This document shows, one piece after another, positions 28,267-39,125 of a stretch of DNA of 53,037 nt (the stretch's first letter is position 1; every line of letters starts with the position of its first letter). Below the pieces are notes generated by a model. That model saw nothing but the letters and a program-made list of their open reading frames with translations, ran no database searches and was not told the DNA's origin. This DNA is from Actinomycetota bacterium (GTDB lineage: Bacteria > Actinomycetota > Acidimicrobiia > Acidimicrobiales > GCA-2861595): NCBI GenBank assembly GCA_052387235.1, contig JBQTJJ010000047.1:1-53037 (forward strand), in the 5' to 3' direction. A program made the translations under genes and the position numbers.

Positions 28267-29652
28267 TCAGTCGTCGTAGGTCCAGTCCGGGCGCTTGCGG
28301 GCGTGGCGCTCGTCGTAGACGACGACGCCGTCGACGATGTCGTCGACCTTGGGCACGAGGAGGCCGCGCCGGGCCAGACGGCACGAGCCCTCGAGGTGGT
28401 CGGCGAAGTCCTCCGGGAACGTCTCGAGGATGCTCGACACCAGGAGCTGCTCCTCGGTTCCGAGGTAGCAGCGGTTGGCGTCGGTGACCGTACGCAGGCG
28501 GCTCCCGATCAACGCCACGTCGGGCTCGCCGCCCAGGCCGTCCCGGAGCCGCTCGAGGGCGGAGGTGATGTCGCCAGAGCCCCGCTTGCACGGCGGGCAC
28601 TGCCCGCACGACTCCACCGCCAGGAAGCGCGACAGCGCCGCCGCCAGCTCCACCATGCAGGCGGTGTCGTCGTAGACGGCGAAGCCGCCGGCGCCCAGTC
28701 CGCAGCCGGCGGCCCTCATGTCCTCGTAGGTGAGGGCGGTGCCGAAGCCGGCGGCCGGGAGGACGCGGTTGGCCACACCGGAGAAGGCAGCCTTGAAGCT
28801 GCGCCCGGGGAGGGGGCCGCCGGCCAGCTCCAGCAGCTCGGGGAACGGCGTCCCCATCTCGACCTCGTAGACGCCGGGGGACCGGACGTCCCCCACGACC
28901 GTGCAGACGATCGTGCCCGGCGACAGCTCCGTGCCCATGCGGCGGAACCACTCCGGGCCCCTCCGCAGGATGTGGGGCACGTTGCACAACGTCTCGAAGT
29001 TGTTGACGAGGGTGGGATTCGGTTCCGGGCCGGCGCCGGGCGGCGAGGCCGGCGGGTGCGATTCCCACCCGAGCTGGGGTCCGGTGGCGAAGAGCCCGTG
29101 CTGGAACGGCGGCAGGAGGCGGGGCAGCGGGTCGTGGCCCTCGATGACCTCGAGCAGTGCCTTCTCCTCTCCGAAGAGGTACTCGTCCGGCCCGGCGACA
29201 ACCGTCACCGACAACCCCCCGAGCAGCCCGGCCCTGCCCATCTCCTCCGCCGCCGCCACCAGGCCGTCGCGCTCCGGCCCGAAGCGGGCCTTGGTGGCGA
29301 TGTAGGCCTGGTCCGCCCCGACCGCGAGCGCGGCGATGGCCAGGCCCTCGATGCCCTGCCACGGGTTGGCCCGCATGAGGGCCCGGTCCTTGAAGGTGGC
29401 CGGCTCCCCCTCGGCCGCGTTGCACACGGCGTAGCGGCGCGACCCCGCCGCCTCGCGTACCGACGCCCACTTGGTGCCGGTGGGGAACCCGCCCCCGCCC
29501 CGACCGCGCAGGCGCGAGAGCGACACCTCCTTGGCCGTCTGCTCCGGCCCCAGCCGGCGGGCCCGGGCCAGGCCCTCGCCACCGCCGGCGGCCAGGTACG
29601 CCTCGATCGAGGCCACGGGGCCGTCGCCGAGCAGGAACGGGAGGAGCGGCAT
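28267..29652 (-). CDS. NuoF/HoxF-like FMN and 4Fe-4S oxidoreductase (stand-alone)
   Basis: LRGRGGGGFPTG, CNAAEGEPATFKD, GEEKAL, ESCGQCPPC...C. Confidence 0.88.
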   Translation of the reverse strand: MPLLPFLLGDGPVASIEAYLAAGGGEGLARARRLGPEQTAKEVSLSRLRGRGGGGFPTGTKWASVREAAGSRRYAVCNAAEGEPATFKDRALMRANPWQGIEGLAIAALAVGADQAYIATKARFGPERDGLVAAAEEMGRAGLLGGLSVTVVAGPDEYLFGEEKALLEVIEGHDPLPRLLPPFQHGLFATGPQLGWESHPPASPPGAGPEPNPTLVNNFETLCNVPHILRRGPEWFRRMGTELSPGTIVCTVVGDVRSPGVYEVEMGTPFPELLELAGGPLPGRSFKAAFSGVANRVLPAAGFGTALTYEDMRAAGCGLGAGGFAVYDDTACMVELAAALSRFLAVESCGQCPPCKRGSGDITSALERLRDGLGGEPDVALIGSRLRTVTDANRCYLGTEEQLLVSSILETFPEDFADHLEGSCRLARRGLLVPKVDDIVDGVVVYDERHARKRPDWTYDD

Positions 29653-29683
29653 CGGCGAAGACCCTACGGGCCGGGATGGAGGC

Positions 29684-30724
29684 TCAGCAGTACCTGGACA
29701 GGGTGGCGTACGGGTTGACCGCGGCACCGCCCCCGGGGTGGATCTCGAAGTGGAGGTGCGGCGCGCTGGCCGAGGCGTTGCCGGTGCTGCCCACGTACCC
29801 GACCACCGTCCCTGCCGCCACGTTCCCGCTGGCGCCGCTGAGGCGGTCGAGGTGGGTGCCGAAGTACGTGTTCCCGTCCACGCCCTTGAGGTAGTACGAG
29901 ATGCCGCCCAGGCCGGAGTTGTGGCCCTTCACGCTGCCGGCCACGCTGGCCACGACCGGCGTGCCCCTGGGCGCCATGATGTCGTTGCCCTGGTGGGTCC
30001 GGCCGCCGGAGCGGGGCTGGCCCCAGTCGTTGGAGAAGGCATGCGGGCCCTGCACCGGGCAGATCCACGCGCCCGAGGCGATGACGCCCACCGCCCCGCC
30101 GGCGGCGCTGCGCGACGCCCGCTGGCCCCGCTTGGCGGCTGCGGCCTTGGCCGCGGCCGCCTTGGCCGCCGCCGCCTTCTGGGCCTCGAAGGCGCGCTGG
30201 GCCTCGGCCAGGCGGCGCAGCTCGGCGCTCACCCTGGCCTCCTCCTTGCGAAGGCCGGACACGACGCTGCGCTGCCGGCCCAGGCGCGCGTTGAGCGCGG
30301 TCTGGTTCTCCTCCAGGTCGAGGCGCGCGATGCGGTAGCCGTCGACGGAGTCGGTGCGCCCCAGGCTCACGAAGCGGAGCATGGCCCGGCCCCGGGCCGC
30401 CTGCCCGGGGTCACCCCCGCCGACCCAGGTGGTGGACCGGTTCCCCTGGACGTACTGGGCCACGGCGAGCTGGCGCACCTGGCCCTCCAGGGCGTCGACC
30501 ACCTGCCTGGTCTGGGTGGTGCGGGCCTCGAGCTGGGCGATCTCGCGCTCGGCCGTGATCAGGGCGCTGCGGGCCTTGGACAGGCGGGCCGCAGCCTGGT
30601 TGGCCCGCTTCTGGGCCGCCGCCATCTCGGCCGCCGAGGGCGGCTTGGCCGCGGCGCCGGCTGGTGCCGGCAGCGCGAAACAGAGCGCGACCAGCACCGC
30701 CGCACCAGCAAGGAAGCGCGCCAT
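29684..30724 (-). CDS. Secreted M23 family peptidase with coiled coil (murein hydrolase activator-like)
   Basis: Signal peptide, coiled coil, HQGND (HxxxD), PHLHFEIH. Confidence 0.9.
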   Translation of the reverse strand: MARFLAGAAVLVALCFALPAPAGAAAKPPSAAEMAAAQKRANQAAARLSKARSALITAEREIAQLEARTTQTRQVVDALEGQVRQLAVAQYVQGNRSTTWVGGGDPGQAARGRAMLRFVSLGRTDSVDGYRIARLDLEENQTALNARLGRQRSVVSGLRKEEARVSAELRRLAEAQRAFEAQKAAAAKAAAAKAAAAKRGQRASRSAAGGAVGVIASGAWICPVQGPHAFSNDWGQPRSGGRTHQGNDIMAPRGTPVVASVAGSVKGHNSGLGGISYYLKGVDGNTYFGTHLDRLSGASGNVAAGTVVGYVGSTGNASASAPHLHFEIHPGGGAAVNPYATLSRYC

Positions 30725-30777
30725 CCCGCCGATACGGTAGCCAGGGCGTTCGTGCCGGCGCATCTCGCGCCGGCCGG

Positions 30778-32205
<1,428 letters not shown>

Positions 32206-32207
32206 GG

Positions 32208-32657
32208 TCAGCCGCTGCCGGCGTCGAGGCGCTTCTGGAGCCGCCCGCCGGCTTTGCGGATCTCCTCCCGGAGGATGGCGTCGACGCCCGGCAGGCGGCT
32301 GGCGCCGCCGTAGTGGAGGCGGACGGTGAGCACCGACCCCCGGTCAGCCGCCTCCACCTCGGCCATGAGGATCCAGTCGGAGTGGGACCCGCCGTCGTGC
32401 TCGTGGCGCTCGAAGCGCGCCACCTTGGGAGGCAGGTGCTGTGTACGCACCATGCGGACCCGCTTGGTGAGGGGAAGGGGCCCGATCCGGGCGCCCAGGT
32501 CCACCATCCATGCCGGTCCCGCGTCCTCGGCCGACGGGGGCGCCACCTCCGCGCCGAACACGATGCCGAGCCAGTCGGGGTAGGTGCCGAGGTCGGCCAC
32601 CGCCGCGAACACGGCGGCGGGGTCGGCGCTCAGTGAAGCGGTGCCCTCGAGGTCCAC
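32208..32657 (-). CDS. SRPBCC family protein
   Basis: VFAAVADL..YP.W N-terminal pattern, size, C-terminal helix. Confidence 0.7.
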   Translation of the reverse strand: MDLEGTASLSADPAAVFAAVADLGTYPDWLGIVFGAEVAPPSAEDAGPAWMVDLGARIGPLPLTKRVRMVRTQHLPPKVARFERHEHDGGSHSDWILMAEVEAADRGSVLTVRLHYGGASRLPGVDAILREEIRKAGGRLQKRLDAGSG

Positions 32658-32699
32658 GACCGCGATCCTAGGAGGCGGCCGCTCCCGCCACCGCGGCCG

Positions 32700-33230
32700 T
32701 CAACAAGGGCCCGGGGGCCAGCCGGGGGCGAACAGGTTGTTGCCGTCCAGCCCGGCAAGGAGCCAGCCGTCGGGGGTGCGGCGGACGGCGAGGCGCCGGA
32801 ACTCGAGCGGAGGCCCGGGCCGGAGCTGCATCAGCTTGCCCCGGGGCTCCACGAACGTGACCACCACCACGTCCGGGCGGCTCTCACGCCGGTCCCTGAT
32901 CCCCCAGGTGGCGGCGCTGAACCCGGGCCAGAACTCCCGCCACCGCGCCAGGCGGTCGCCGGTGAACCGCGGCCAGAGGGGCGAGGCGGGAGGGACGGCG
33001 GCCAGCCGGTCGGCCAGGGTCTCCCAGCCCTCCGGTGGGCCCACCACGTCCGGCGTCGACGACAGTATCCAGTGCTGCACCAGCACCTTGCGCAGCGGCG
33101 GGTCCGTCAGGGGCCAGGCCCGTCCCAGGTCCCGCTCGTCCATGACGGCCCGGACCCACTCCACCGCCGCCGCGACCGCCTCCTCGGCGTCGGGAGGGGC
33201 GGGCGGGCCGTCCGATCCTTCGGTGGTCAC
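32700..33230 (-). CDS. Hypothetical protein
   Basis: Protein-like composition, in series with the flanking minus-strand genes. Confidence 0.6.
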   Translation of the reverse strand: MTTEGSDGPPAPPDAEEAVAAAVEWVRAVMDERDLGRAWPLTDPPLRKVLVQHWILSSTPDVVGPPEGWETLADRLAAVPPASPLWPRFTGDRLARWREFWPGFSAATWGIRDRRESRPDVVVVTFVEPRGKLMQLRPGPPLEFRRLAVRRTPDGWLLAGLDGNNLFAPGWPPGPC

Positions 33231-33241
33231 CGGTACGTCCG

Positions 33242-33547
33242 TCAGATCCGGAACCCGGCGCCCTCGGGGTCCTCGTACCCACGCTCCTCCACCTCCAGCT
33301 GGCGCTCGTAGAAGGCGAGGAGCCCGAGCCCCGTCTCCACCAGCGACACCAGCTCCTCACGGTCCAGGCCCTGCACCCCGGCCTCGTCGATCAGGTCGCT
33401 GAGCTCGGCGGCCGTGAGCTGCTCGCCCCGCAGGTGAATGCCGACGAGGAAGCGGTTGAGCTCGTCGCCCACACCGAAGGGCGCTGTGTCGGCCCGGCGG
33501 GCCGTGGCGTAGGCGGTCCATTGTTGCCGTGCGCGATCGGAGAGCAT
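33242..33547 (-). CDS. Hypothetical protein (101 aa)
   Basis: ATG start, acidic helical composition. Confidence 0.6.
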   Translation of the reverse strand: MLSDRARQQWTAYATARRADTAPFGVGDELNRFLVGIHLRGEQLTAAELSDLIDEAGVQGLDREELVSLVETGLGLLAFYERQLEVEERGYEDPEGAGFRI

Positions 33548-33947
33548 GGGTCGTTCTTTCGGGCTCGAGCGCCCCGTCGACCGGCTCGATCGGGGCCGGC
33601 GCCAGGGTACACAGGCGCCGGCCGGCGCCGGCGGGCACGCGCACCCGAAAGGGTGACGGGGGCCGGTTCCGCCGCTGACCGACCGGCCCCCGTCAGGGGT
33701 AGTGAGCGCCTCCGGGGCCTGTCGGGATACGCCCGGCGAGGGCGCCGGGCGCCTGCCACCTGGGGGCGGAACCGTGCGCTCCCCCTCGCCGGGCGTCGCA
33801 AGCTAAGGGTTCCTCCCGGATCGTCAAGCAGACCGGCGTCGCCCCTGCACTCACGTAGTTGACTCGCAGTCCCGTATGCTCTCGGCGCAGCCAGCGCCCG
33901 TGGCAGGGGCTCGGGTCCGGGTCCCGCCGGCCGAAGGGAGAACACAG

Positions 33948-34280
33948 GTGGCGAACAGGATCCGGGACGCGATCGAACTTCTCGCCCGCAAGGGCTGGAC
34001 CCAGGGGACGTTCACCGACGAGGCGGGCCGTCACTGCCTCCAGGGTGCCCTGTACGAGGCCTACGGATGCCAGCCCGGCAGGCCGGGCCGCCTGGGCCGG
34101 AACCTCTCGGGCGACCTGGCGGACGACGTGCGGCTGGTGAACGAGACCATCGCGGCCGAGTACCCCGAGCGGGTGGGCGCGGTGGGCGTCTCGCGGTTCA
34201 ACGACCACCCCGAGACCACCATCGACGACGTGGTGCGGGTGCTCGAGAAGTCGGCGCTGCGCCGCGACGAGCGGGTCTGA
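33948..34280 (+). CDS. Hypothetical protein (DUF6197-like)
   Basis: AAGGGAG RBS; GWTQG...GRHCLQGA...FNDHP pattern. Confidence 0.6.
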   Translation: MANRIRDAIELLARKGWTQGTFTDEAGRHCLQGALYEAYGCQPGRPGRLGRNLSGDLADDVRLVNETIAAEYPERVGAVGVSRFNDHPETTIDDVVRVLEKSALRRDERV

Positions 34281-34382
34281 CCACCCGTCCCACCCGTCGG
34301 GGTGACGGTCCCGCGCCGGGCCGGGCCCGGTATCCTCGGGAGCGACCCCCCCGGAGCAAGCCGCCGAGTTGGAGTGTGGATC

Positions 34383-34727
34383 GTGAGCGACGAGGCGCCA
34401 GCTGCTCCCGAGACATTCGGGATCGTGGCCGTCCGCCAGGACGAGTCCAGCGCCGCCGTCAGCCCCACCGGGGACCTCGACGTCTCGACCTCGCCCCGAC
34501 TGCTGGCCTGCATCGACGAGCTCCTGGCCGAGGGCCGGTCGCGGATCACGCTCGACCTGCGGGCCGTCACCTTCATCGACTCCAGTGGTCTCGGCGCCCT
34601 GGTCAAGGCCCACAAGCGGGCCGCGCCCGCCGGCCAGCTCACGATCGTGGACCCCCGCCCCCATGTGCACCGGGCCATGGAGATCTCGGGGCTGCTGAAG
34701 GTCCTCAGGGTCGACCGGCCGGCCTGA
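34383..34727 (+). CDS. STAS-domain anti-sigma factor antagonist
   Basis: GDLDVSTSPRL, LDLRAVTFIDSSGLGAL. Confidence 0.9.
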   Translation: MSDEAPAAPETFGIVAVRQDESSAAVSPTGDLDVSTSPRLLACIDELLAEGRSRITLDLRAVTFIDSSGLGALVKAHKRAAPAGQLTIVDPRPHVHRAMEISGLLKVLRVDRPA

Positions 34728-34745
34728 GGTGGCGCCGCCGGCCCG

Positions 34746-35984
34746 TCAGGGCTGGTCGCCCACGGGCGCGCCGCGCCAGCCCACGAGGAGCAGGGTGGCG
34801 TCGTCGCGCAGCTGGCCCGCCTCGTGGGCCAGCACGCTGTGGGTGAGGCGGCGCATCATCTCGGCCGGCAGCTCCTGGGCGGCGGCGGCACGCTCCAGCA
34901 GGTCGCCCAGCCGCTCGAGCCCGAACTCCTCACCGGCCGGCGACCGGGCCTCCACCACGCCGTCGGTGTAGAAGACGACGCGGTCGCCCGGCTCGAGATG
35001 GGCCTCGTAGACGGTCGGCGCCAGGCCGAGGCCCATCGGGGTGCACACCGGGCCCATCAGCTCGCCCACGATGGTGGTGCCCCGGAGCAGCAGGGGCCGG
35101 GGGTGGCCGCCGGTGACGACGGTGAGCGTGCCCGTGCTCAGATCGAGGGTGGCCAGCTGGCCCGTGACGAAGTGGTCCTCGCCGAACGCCGACACCATGG
35201 CTGCGTCGATGGCCATGAAGATCTCGTCGATGCCCGCCCCGTGGCGTCGGCCGTGGCGGTGGATGGCCACGGCGAGGGTTGCCATGCGGCTGGCCTCGAG
35301 GCCGTGGCCCATGGCGTCGAACACGGCCAGGTGGACCACGGACCCGTTGATGGCGTAGTCGAAGGTGTCCCCCGCCAGGTCGTAAGCCGGCTCGAGAAGG
35401 GCCGCCACCTCGACGTGGTCGCTGGCGAAGCTCAGCGGGGGCAGCAGCGACCAGCGGAACTCGGCAGCCAGGCTCATGTCCTTCGTCCGCCGGCCCAGGG
35501 AGATCGAGTCGCCGTACGACGCCTTCGACGTGATCAGCTCCGCGACCAGCGACGCCAGCCAGCCCAGCCGGCGCTCGACCAGCTCGTCGACGCTGGGGAT
35601 CGTCACGGCCAGGACCCCGAGGCGGTCGGCGCCGTCGAGCAAGGGGATCCAGAGGCGGCGCTCCCCGTGGTCGGCCTCCCCCTGAAGGACCTCCTGGGTG
35701 CGAAAGGCCCGCCCGGCGAGGGTGCTGTCGATGTCGAGCGGCTCGGCCGTCGCGCCGGCGCCGTCCACCGGCATCGGCTGGAGGACCCGCTGCTCCAGGT
35801 CCACCAGGAAGATGACGGCCTCGGTCGCCCCGAGGCGGCGGGCGTGGTCGCGCACCTGGGACGGCACTTCGTCGGGGTGCAGGCGGTGGGAGATGCTGAG
35901 CAGGCTCCCCAGGACCTCCTCGCCGAGGGAGGGCCCGGCGTGCACCTCGGCCTCGGTGAGACCGGACGAAGCGGTGTCCGTCAC
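34746..35984 (-). CDS. PP2C/SpoIIE (RsbU-like) serine phosphatase
   Basis: AGDTFDY, FDAMGHG, YTDGVVEAR, DDATLL. Confidence 0.92.
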   Translation of the reverse strand: MTDTASSGLTEAEVHAGPSLGEEVLGSLLSISHRLHPDEVPSQVRDHARRLGATEAVIFLVDLEQRVLQPMPVDGAGATAEPLDIDSTLAGRAFRTQEVLQGEADHGERRLWIPLLDGADRLGVLAVTIPSVDELVERRLGWLASLVAELITSKASYGDSISLGRRTKDMSLAAEFRWSLLPPLSFASDHVEVAALLEPAYDLAGDTFDYAINGSVVHLAVFDAMGHGLEASRMATLAVAIHRHGRRHGAGIDEIFMAIDAAMVSAFGEDHFVTGQLATLDLSTGTLTVVTGGHPRPLLLRGTTIVGELMGPVCTPMGLGLAPTVYEAHLEPGDRVVFYTDGVVEARSPAGEEFGLERLGDLLERAAAAQELPAEMMRRLTHSVLAHEAGQLRDDATLLLVGWRGAPVGDQP

Positions 35985-36078
35985 CGGGTCAGTCAAGCAG
36001 AGGCGAGCCCCCGCCCGCGGGCCGGATCCCGCGCCCCGGCGCCGGCGGGAGCGCTCGGGGTCACGGGCCGGTCGGCGG

Positions 36079-36258
36079 TCACATCGCCGTGCAGTGCGGG
36101 ATGTGGTCGTGCGCCCGGCCGTGCTCGTGCTGCACGGTCGCGTGTGCACGCTCGGTCCCGTCATTGCACGCACTGTCGCTGGCGGCCGATGCCATGCCCA
36201 CGTTGGCCGTGAGCGCGGCGGCGCAGATCAGCCCGGCCACGAGTCCCTTCCGCACCAC
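36079..36258 (-). CDS. Small secreted His-rich peptide (59 aa)
   Basis: GAAGGAG RBS; signal peptide ending ASA; mature part has 6 His between 2 Cys. Confidence 0.6.
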   Translation of the reverse strand: MVRKGLVAGLICAAALTANVGMASAASDSACNDGTERAHATVQHEHGRAHDHIPHCTAM

Positions 36259-36545
36259 GATGTCTCCTTCCGTCGGTGAAACGGGTCGCACCCGACCCTT
36301 CCCAGCAGGGGCGTTCTCCACGCCTCCCTGCACGGACTTCCGAAACACCGGTGGAACGAGTGCAGCCCCGCCGACGGCGAAAGCGGCGGGGCTGCATCAC
36401 GTCGACCGCCGACGGACGGCGGAGGACCGCCAGTATGCCCGATGACCGATTCGGCGGCAATGACCAGTTTGAAATCGGGCGCCCGACACCCATCGCAGTC
36501 GACGGGGACGGCGAGTGCGCTGCATCGTAGGGTATGCTGGCATAC

Positions 36546-36779
36546 ATGAAGCGGACCACCGTCAAGTTGCCCGACGATCTGGACGCACGCCTTCGGCATG
36601 AGGCCGAGCGACGCGGCGTCACTGTCTCGGAGCTGACCCGCGAGGCCATCGAGGTCCATCTGGGTGGCGGCGGAAAGCGCCGGAAGCTGCTGGCCGCCGG
36701 TGCCGGTGCCGGCGGTCGAGCCGACGTCTCGGAGCGGATCGAGGAGTTGCTGGTCCACGAGGTGCTCGGATCGCGCTGA
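36546..36779 (+). CDS. VapB-type RHH/CopG antitoxin
   Basis: MKRTTVKLPDDLDARLRHEAERRGVTVSELTREAI; leaderless TATGCT. Confidence 0.88.
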   Translation: MKRTTVKLPDDLDARLRHEAERRGVTVSELTREAIEVHLGGGGKRRKLLAAGAGAGGRADVSERIEELLVHEVLGSR

Positions 36780-37180
36780 TCGTCGACGCCGGGCCCCTCT
36801 ACGCCTACGTCGACCGCGACGACCACCATCACCTCGCCAGCCTTGCGCTGCTCGAGGAGCAACCCGGACCGCTCCTGGTCCCAATGCTCGTCATCACCGA
36901 GGTGACGTACCTCCTGGGCTCACGACTCGGCGTCGACGCGGAGGTTCGCTTCCTCGGCGATCTGGCGGCCGGCAACCTCATCGCCCAGCCGGTGGCGGCC
37001 GCCGATTGGCTCCGGATCGCCGAGTTGGTCTCCCGCTACCGGGACCTCCCCCTGGGCACCACCGACGCGTCGGTGGTCGCAGTCGCAGAACGTCTCGGCG
37101 TGACGGAGGTCGCCACCTTCGATCGGCGGCACTTCACGGTGGTCCGAGCCACGGTCGGACCCCTCACGCTGCTTCCGTGA
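36776..37180 (+). CDS. VapC PIN-domain toxin (probable CTG start)
   Basis: LIVDAGPLYA...D.HH, ITEV, DASVVAVAERL, TFDRRHF. The ORF-track start at 36884 would omit the first catalytic Asp. Confidence 0.88.
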   Translation: MIVDAGPLYAYVDRDDHHHLASLALLEEQPGPLLVPMLVITEVTYLLGSRLGVDAEVRFLGDLAAGNLIAQPVAAADWLRIAELVSRYRDLPLGTTDASVVAVAERLGVTEVATFDRRHFTVVRATVGPLTLLP

Positions 37181-37272
37181 CCGGCCTTGAGGCCGGCCCC
37201 GCGTCGCCGTCGCCTTCTCCTGCGACGGCATCCCCAACCGAGAAGGGGAGGTGGTCTCCCAGGGCGAGTCGG

Positions 37273-37620
37273 TCAGGAAAGCGCCCGGAGCCGAAGCCCT
37301 CGGACCGACTCGAAGTGCTTCGCATCGCGCGTCGCGAGGCTGAGTTTCCGCTCCAACGCAGTCGCGGCGATGAGTGCATCGGGCATTCGCAGTCCCGACT
37401 CCCGGCGAAGCCGTCCAGCTCGTTCGGCGATCGCCCGGTCCACCGGGATCTCGCGGAACGGAGCCAGCACTCGCGCCGCGAGTTCCGTTCCCGTCGAGCC
37501 GGCGAACAACTCCGCTCGCGTGATGACGGAGTAGTGAAGCCGGTGGCGTCCCGGCTTCAGCTCCGCCGCGCCGCGGAGGTGGTCGATGAAGACGTCGGTG
37601 TCGACGAGGACGTCAGGCAC
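37273..37620 (-). CDS. VapC PIN-domain toxin
   Basis: VLVDTDVFIDHLRG, SVITRAEL, PDALIAATA, TRDAKHF. Confidence 0.9.
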   Translation of the reverse strand: MPDVLVDTDVFIDHLRGAAELKPGRHRLHYSVITRAELFAGSTGTELAARVLAPFREIPVDRAIAERAGRLRRESGLRMPDALIAATALERKLSLATRDAKHFESVRGLRLRALS

Positions 37621-37831
37621 GAGCCCACTCGTCGCGACCCGGCGCCGCAGCGTTCGGGTCGGCGCCGAAGGTCGCCGCCAGAGCAGCATCCGTGCCCCGC
37701 TCTGCCGCGAGGTAGGCATCGAGGGCTCGGCGCACCACCTCGGCCAGCGTGACGCCCTCCGCCCGGGCGATCTCGTCGATCTTCTGCCGCTGCTCGTCGG
37801 TCAGGTAGACCTGCGTGCGCGTCGCCGACAT
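37613..37831 (-). CDS. VapB-type RHH antitoxin
   Basis: RTQVYLTDEQ...GVTLAEVVRRALD. TATACT -10 with an ATACAGCACG direct repeat (37830-37839, 37843-37852). Confidence 0.88.
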   Translation of the reverse strand: MSATRTQVYLTDEQRQKIDEIARAEGVTLAEVVRRALDAYLAAERGTDAALAATFGADPNAAAPGRDEWARA

Positions 37832-37877
37832 ACAGCACGAGTATACAGCACGGTCAACGTCGCCTGCCTCACCATCC

Positions 37878-38021
37878 TGCCACCGGTCATCGTTCTTCAC
37901 GAAGGACCGCTACGCGCACCTCTTCAGCGAGGCCGGTGCCGCGCTGGCCGAGCGGCTGGACGCTCTCATCGACTCTGCCAAGGTGCCACCGGCACCCTCG
38001 CCGCCGGTACCCTTGAACTGA
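37878..38021 (+). pseudogene. C-terminal remnant of a tyrosine integrase
   Basis: HRSSFFTKDRYAHLF...ALAERLDAL matches the H-x-S...T-x-D-R-Y-x-H-L box II motif carrying the catalytic Tyr. The upstream part is absent. Confidence 0.65.
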
Positions 38022-38218
38022 TGGCCGAGCAGGTGCTCCCAATGTCGGGGGACGAGTTCGTCGCCCGCGCCCGGGCAGCGGCGGCGCCGACCGACGACGA
38101 CGTGTCGATCACCAGCGACGGCCGGCGACTCGACAGCAAACAGGCCGTGGTCGCATGGCTGGCCGAGGTGGAGGCAGAACGCGCCGCCGGCCGTTGCGTC
38201 GAGTTCGATGACGGCTGA
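38021..38218 (+). CDS. Small hypothetical protein (possible antitoxin partner)
   Basis: Leaderless TACCCT-N7-ATG; overlaps the next gene. Confidence 0.6.
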   Translation: MAEQVLPMSGDEFVARARAAAAPTDDDVSITSDGRRLDSKQAVVAWLAEVEAERAAGRCVEFDDG

Positions 38219-38831
38219 GCAACCTCCGCTCGACGTCGACCGCCTGCTCGCCACGCTCCACCGCCACGACGTCGACTTCCTGCTCGTCGGGGGCATGGCC
38301 GCCATTGCCCACGGCGCTCTCCGCCCCACGGCGGACCTCGACTGCCTGGCCCAACGCAGCGCCGAGAACATGGCCCGCCTGGCCGCAGCGATGCGTGAGC
38401 TGAACGCCCGCCTCCGCGTCGCTGGCCTCACCGATGCCGAGGCGAAAGCCCTGCCCACGCCGCTCGATGCCGACGCCCTCGGCCGTATGCAGATCTCGAC
38501 CTGGCGCACCGACGCCGGCGACTTCGACGTGCTCACCGAGATTGCCGCACGTGACGGCCGCCGCGTGCGCTACGACGAGCTCGCCGGGCGTGCTTCCGTC
38601 TTGGACATCCACGGCGTCGTCGTACGGGTGGCCGCCCTTGAGGATCTGATCGCGTCGAAGGAGTGGGCGGACCGACCGAAGGACCGTGACGCACTCCCCG
38701 AGCTCCTGGAACTCGCCACGGCGGGCGAGGGCAATCCCGCGATCAGAGCCGATGCCCCTCGTGCGGACGGGGTCGCGGCCGATGAGAGGCCGCCCTCGCC
38801 TCCGAGATCAGAAGGTCCAGTCGATCGCTGA
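38208..38831 (+). CDS. Pol-beta superfamily nucleotidyltransferase (AbiEii/DUF6036-like)
   Basis: LVGGMA..AHG..RPT.DLD, LEDLIASK, RPKD. Confidence 0.8.
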   Translation: MTAEQPPLDVDRLLATLHRHDVDFLLVGGMAAIAHGALRPTADLDCLAQRSAENMARLAAAMRELNARLRVAGLTDAEAKALPTPLDADALGRMQISTWRTDAGDFDVLTEIAARDGRRVRYDELAGRASVLDIHGVVVRVAALEDLIASKEWADRPKDRDALPELLELATAGEGNPAIRADAPRADGVAADERPPSPPRSEGPVDR

Positions 38832-39099
38832 GCCGGCGCGAACGCGCCTCGAGCACCTCAGGCGGTGGTTCCCGGGTGTCGGTCAGCCAGGCGAAGCCGT
38901 GTTGGCTCACGCCGGTGGCGACGCGCCAACCCAACCGGTGAGCGGCGATCCGTGCCGCCCGCCGCCAACGCTGCGGGTTCTCCACGTCCGAGATCGGGAC
39001 ATGCAGGTGGCTCATGGGCGGGAGCCCGGCCAACTGACGCTCGATCTGATCCGCCAACTTGTCGACTCTCCGGCACCCCAAGTCGACCATCTCAGCCAC
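38743..39099 (-). CDS. Hypothetical protein
   Basis: Strong AAGGAGG RBS before GTG; 118 aa. Confidence 0.5.
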   Translation of the reverse strand: MAEMVDLGCRRVDKLADQIERQLAGLPPMSHLHVPISDVENPQRWRRAARIAAHRLGWRVATGVSQHGFAWLTDTREPPPEVLEARSRRLSDRLDLLISEARAASHRPRPRPHEGHRL

Positions 39100-39125
39100 C
39101 CCACTGCCTCCTTCCAGGATATTCC

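Noticed and set aside
33790-33845. c-di-GMP-I riboswitch resemblance (GTCGCAAGCTAAGGG)
   Set aside because: The GAAA-capped stem is not at the required position, and the sequence is better explained as a minus-strand promoter.
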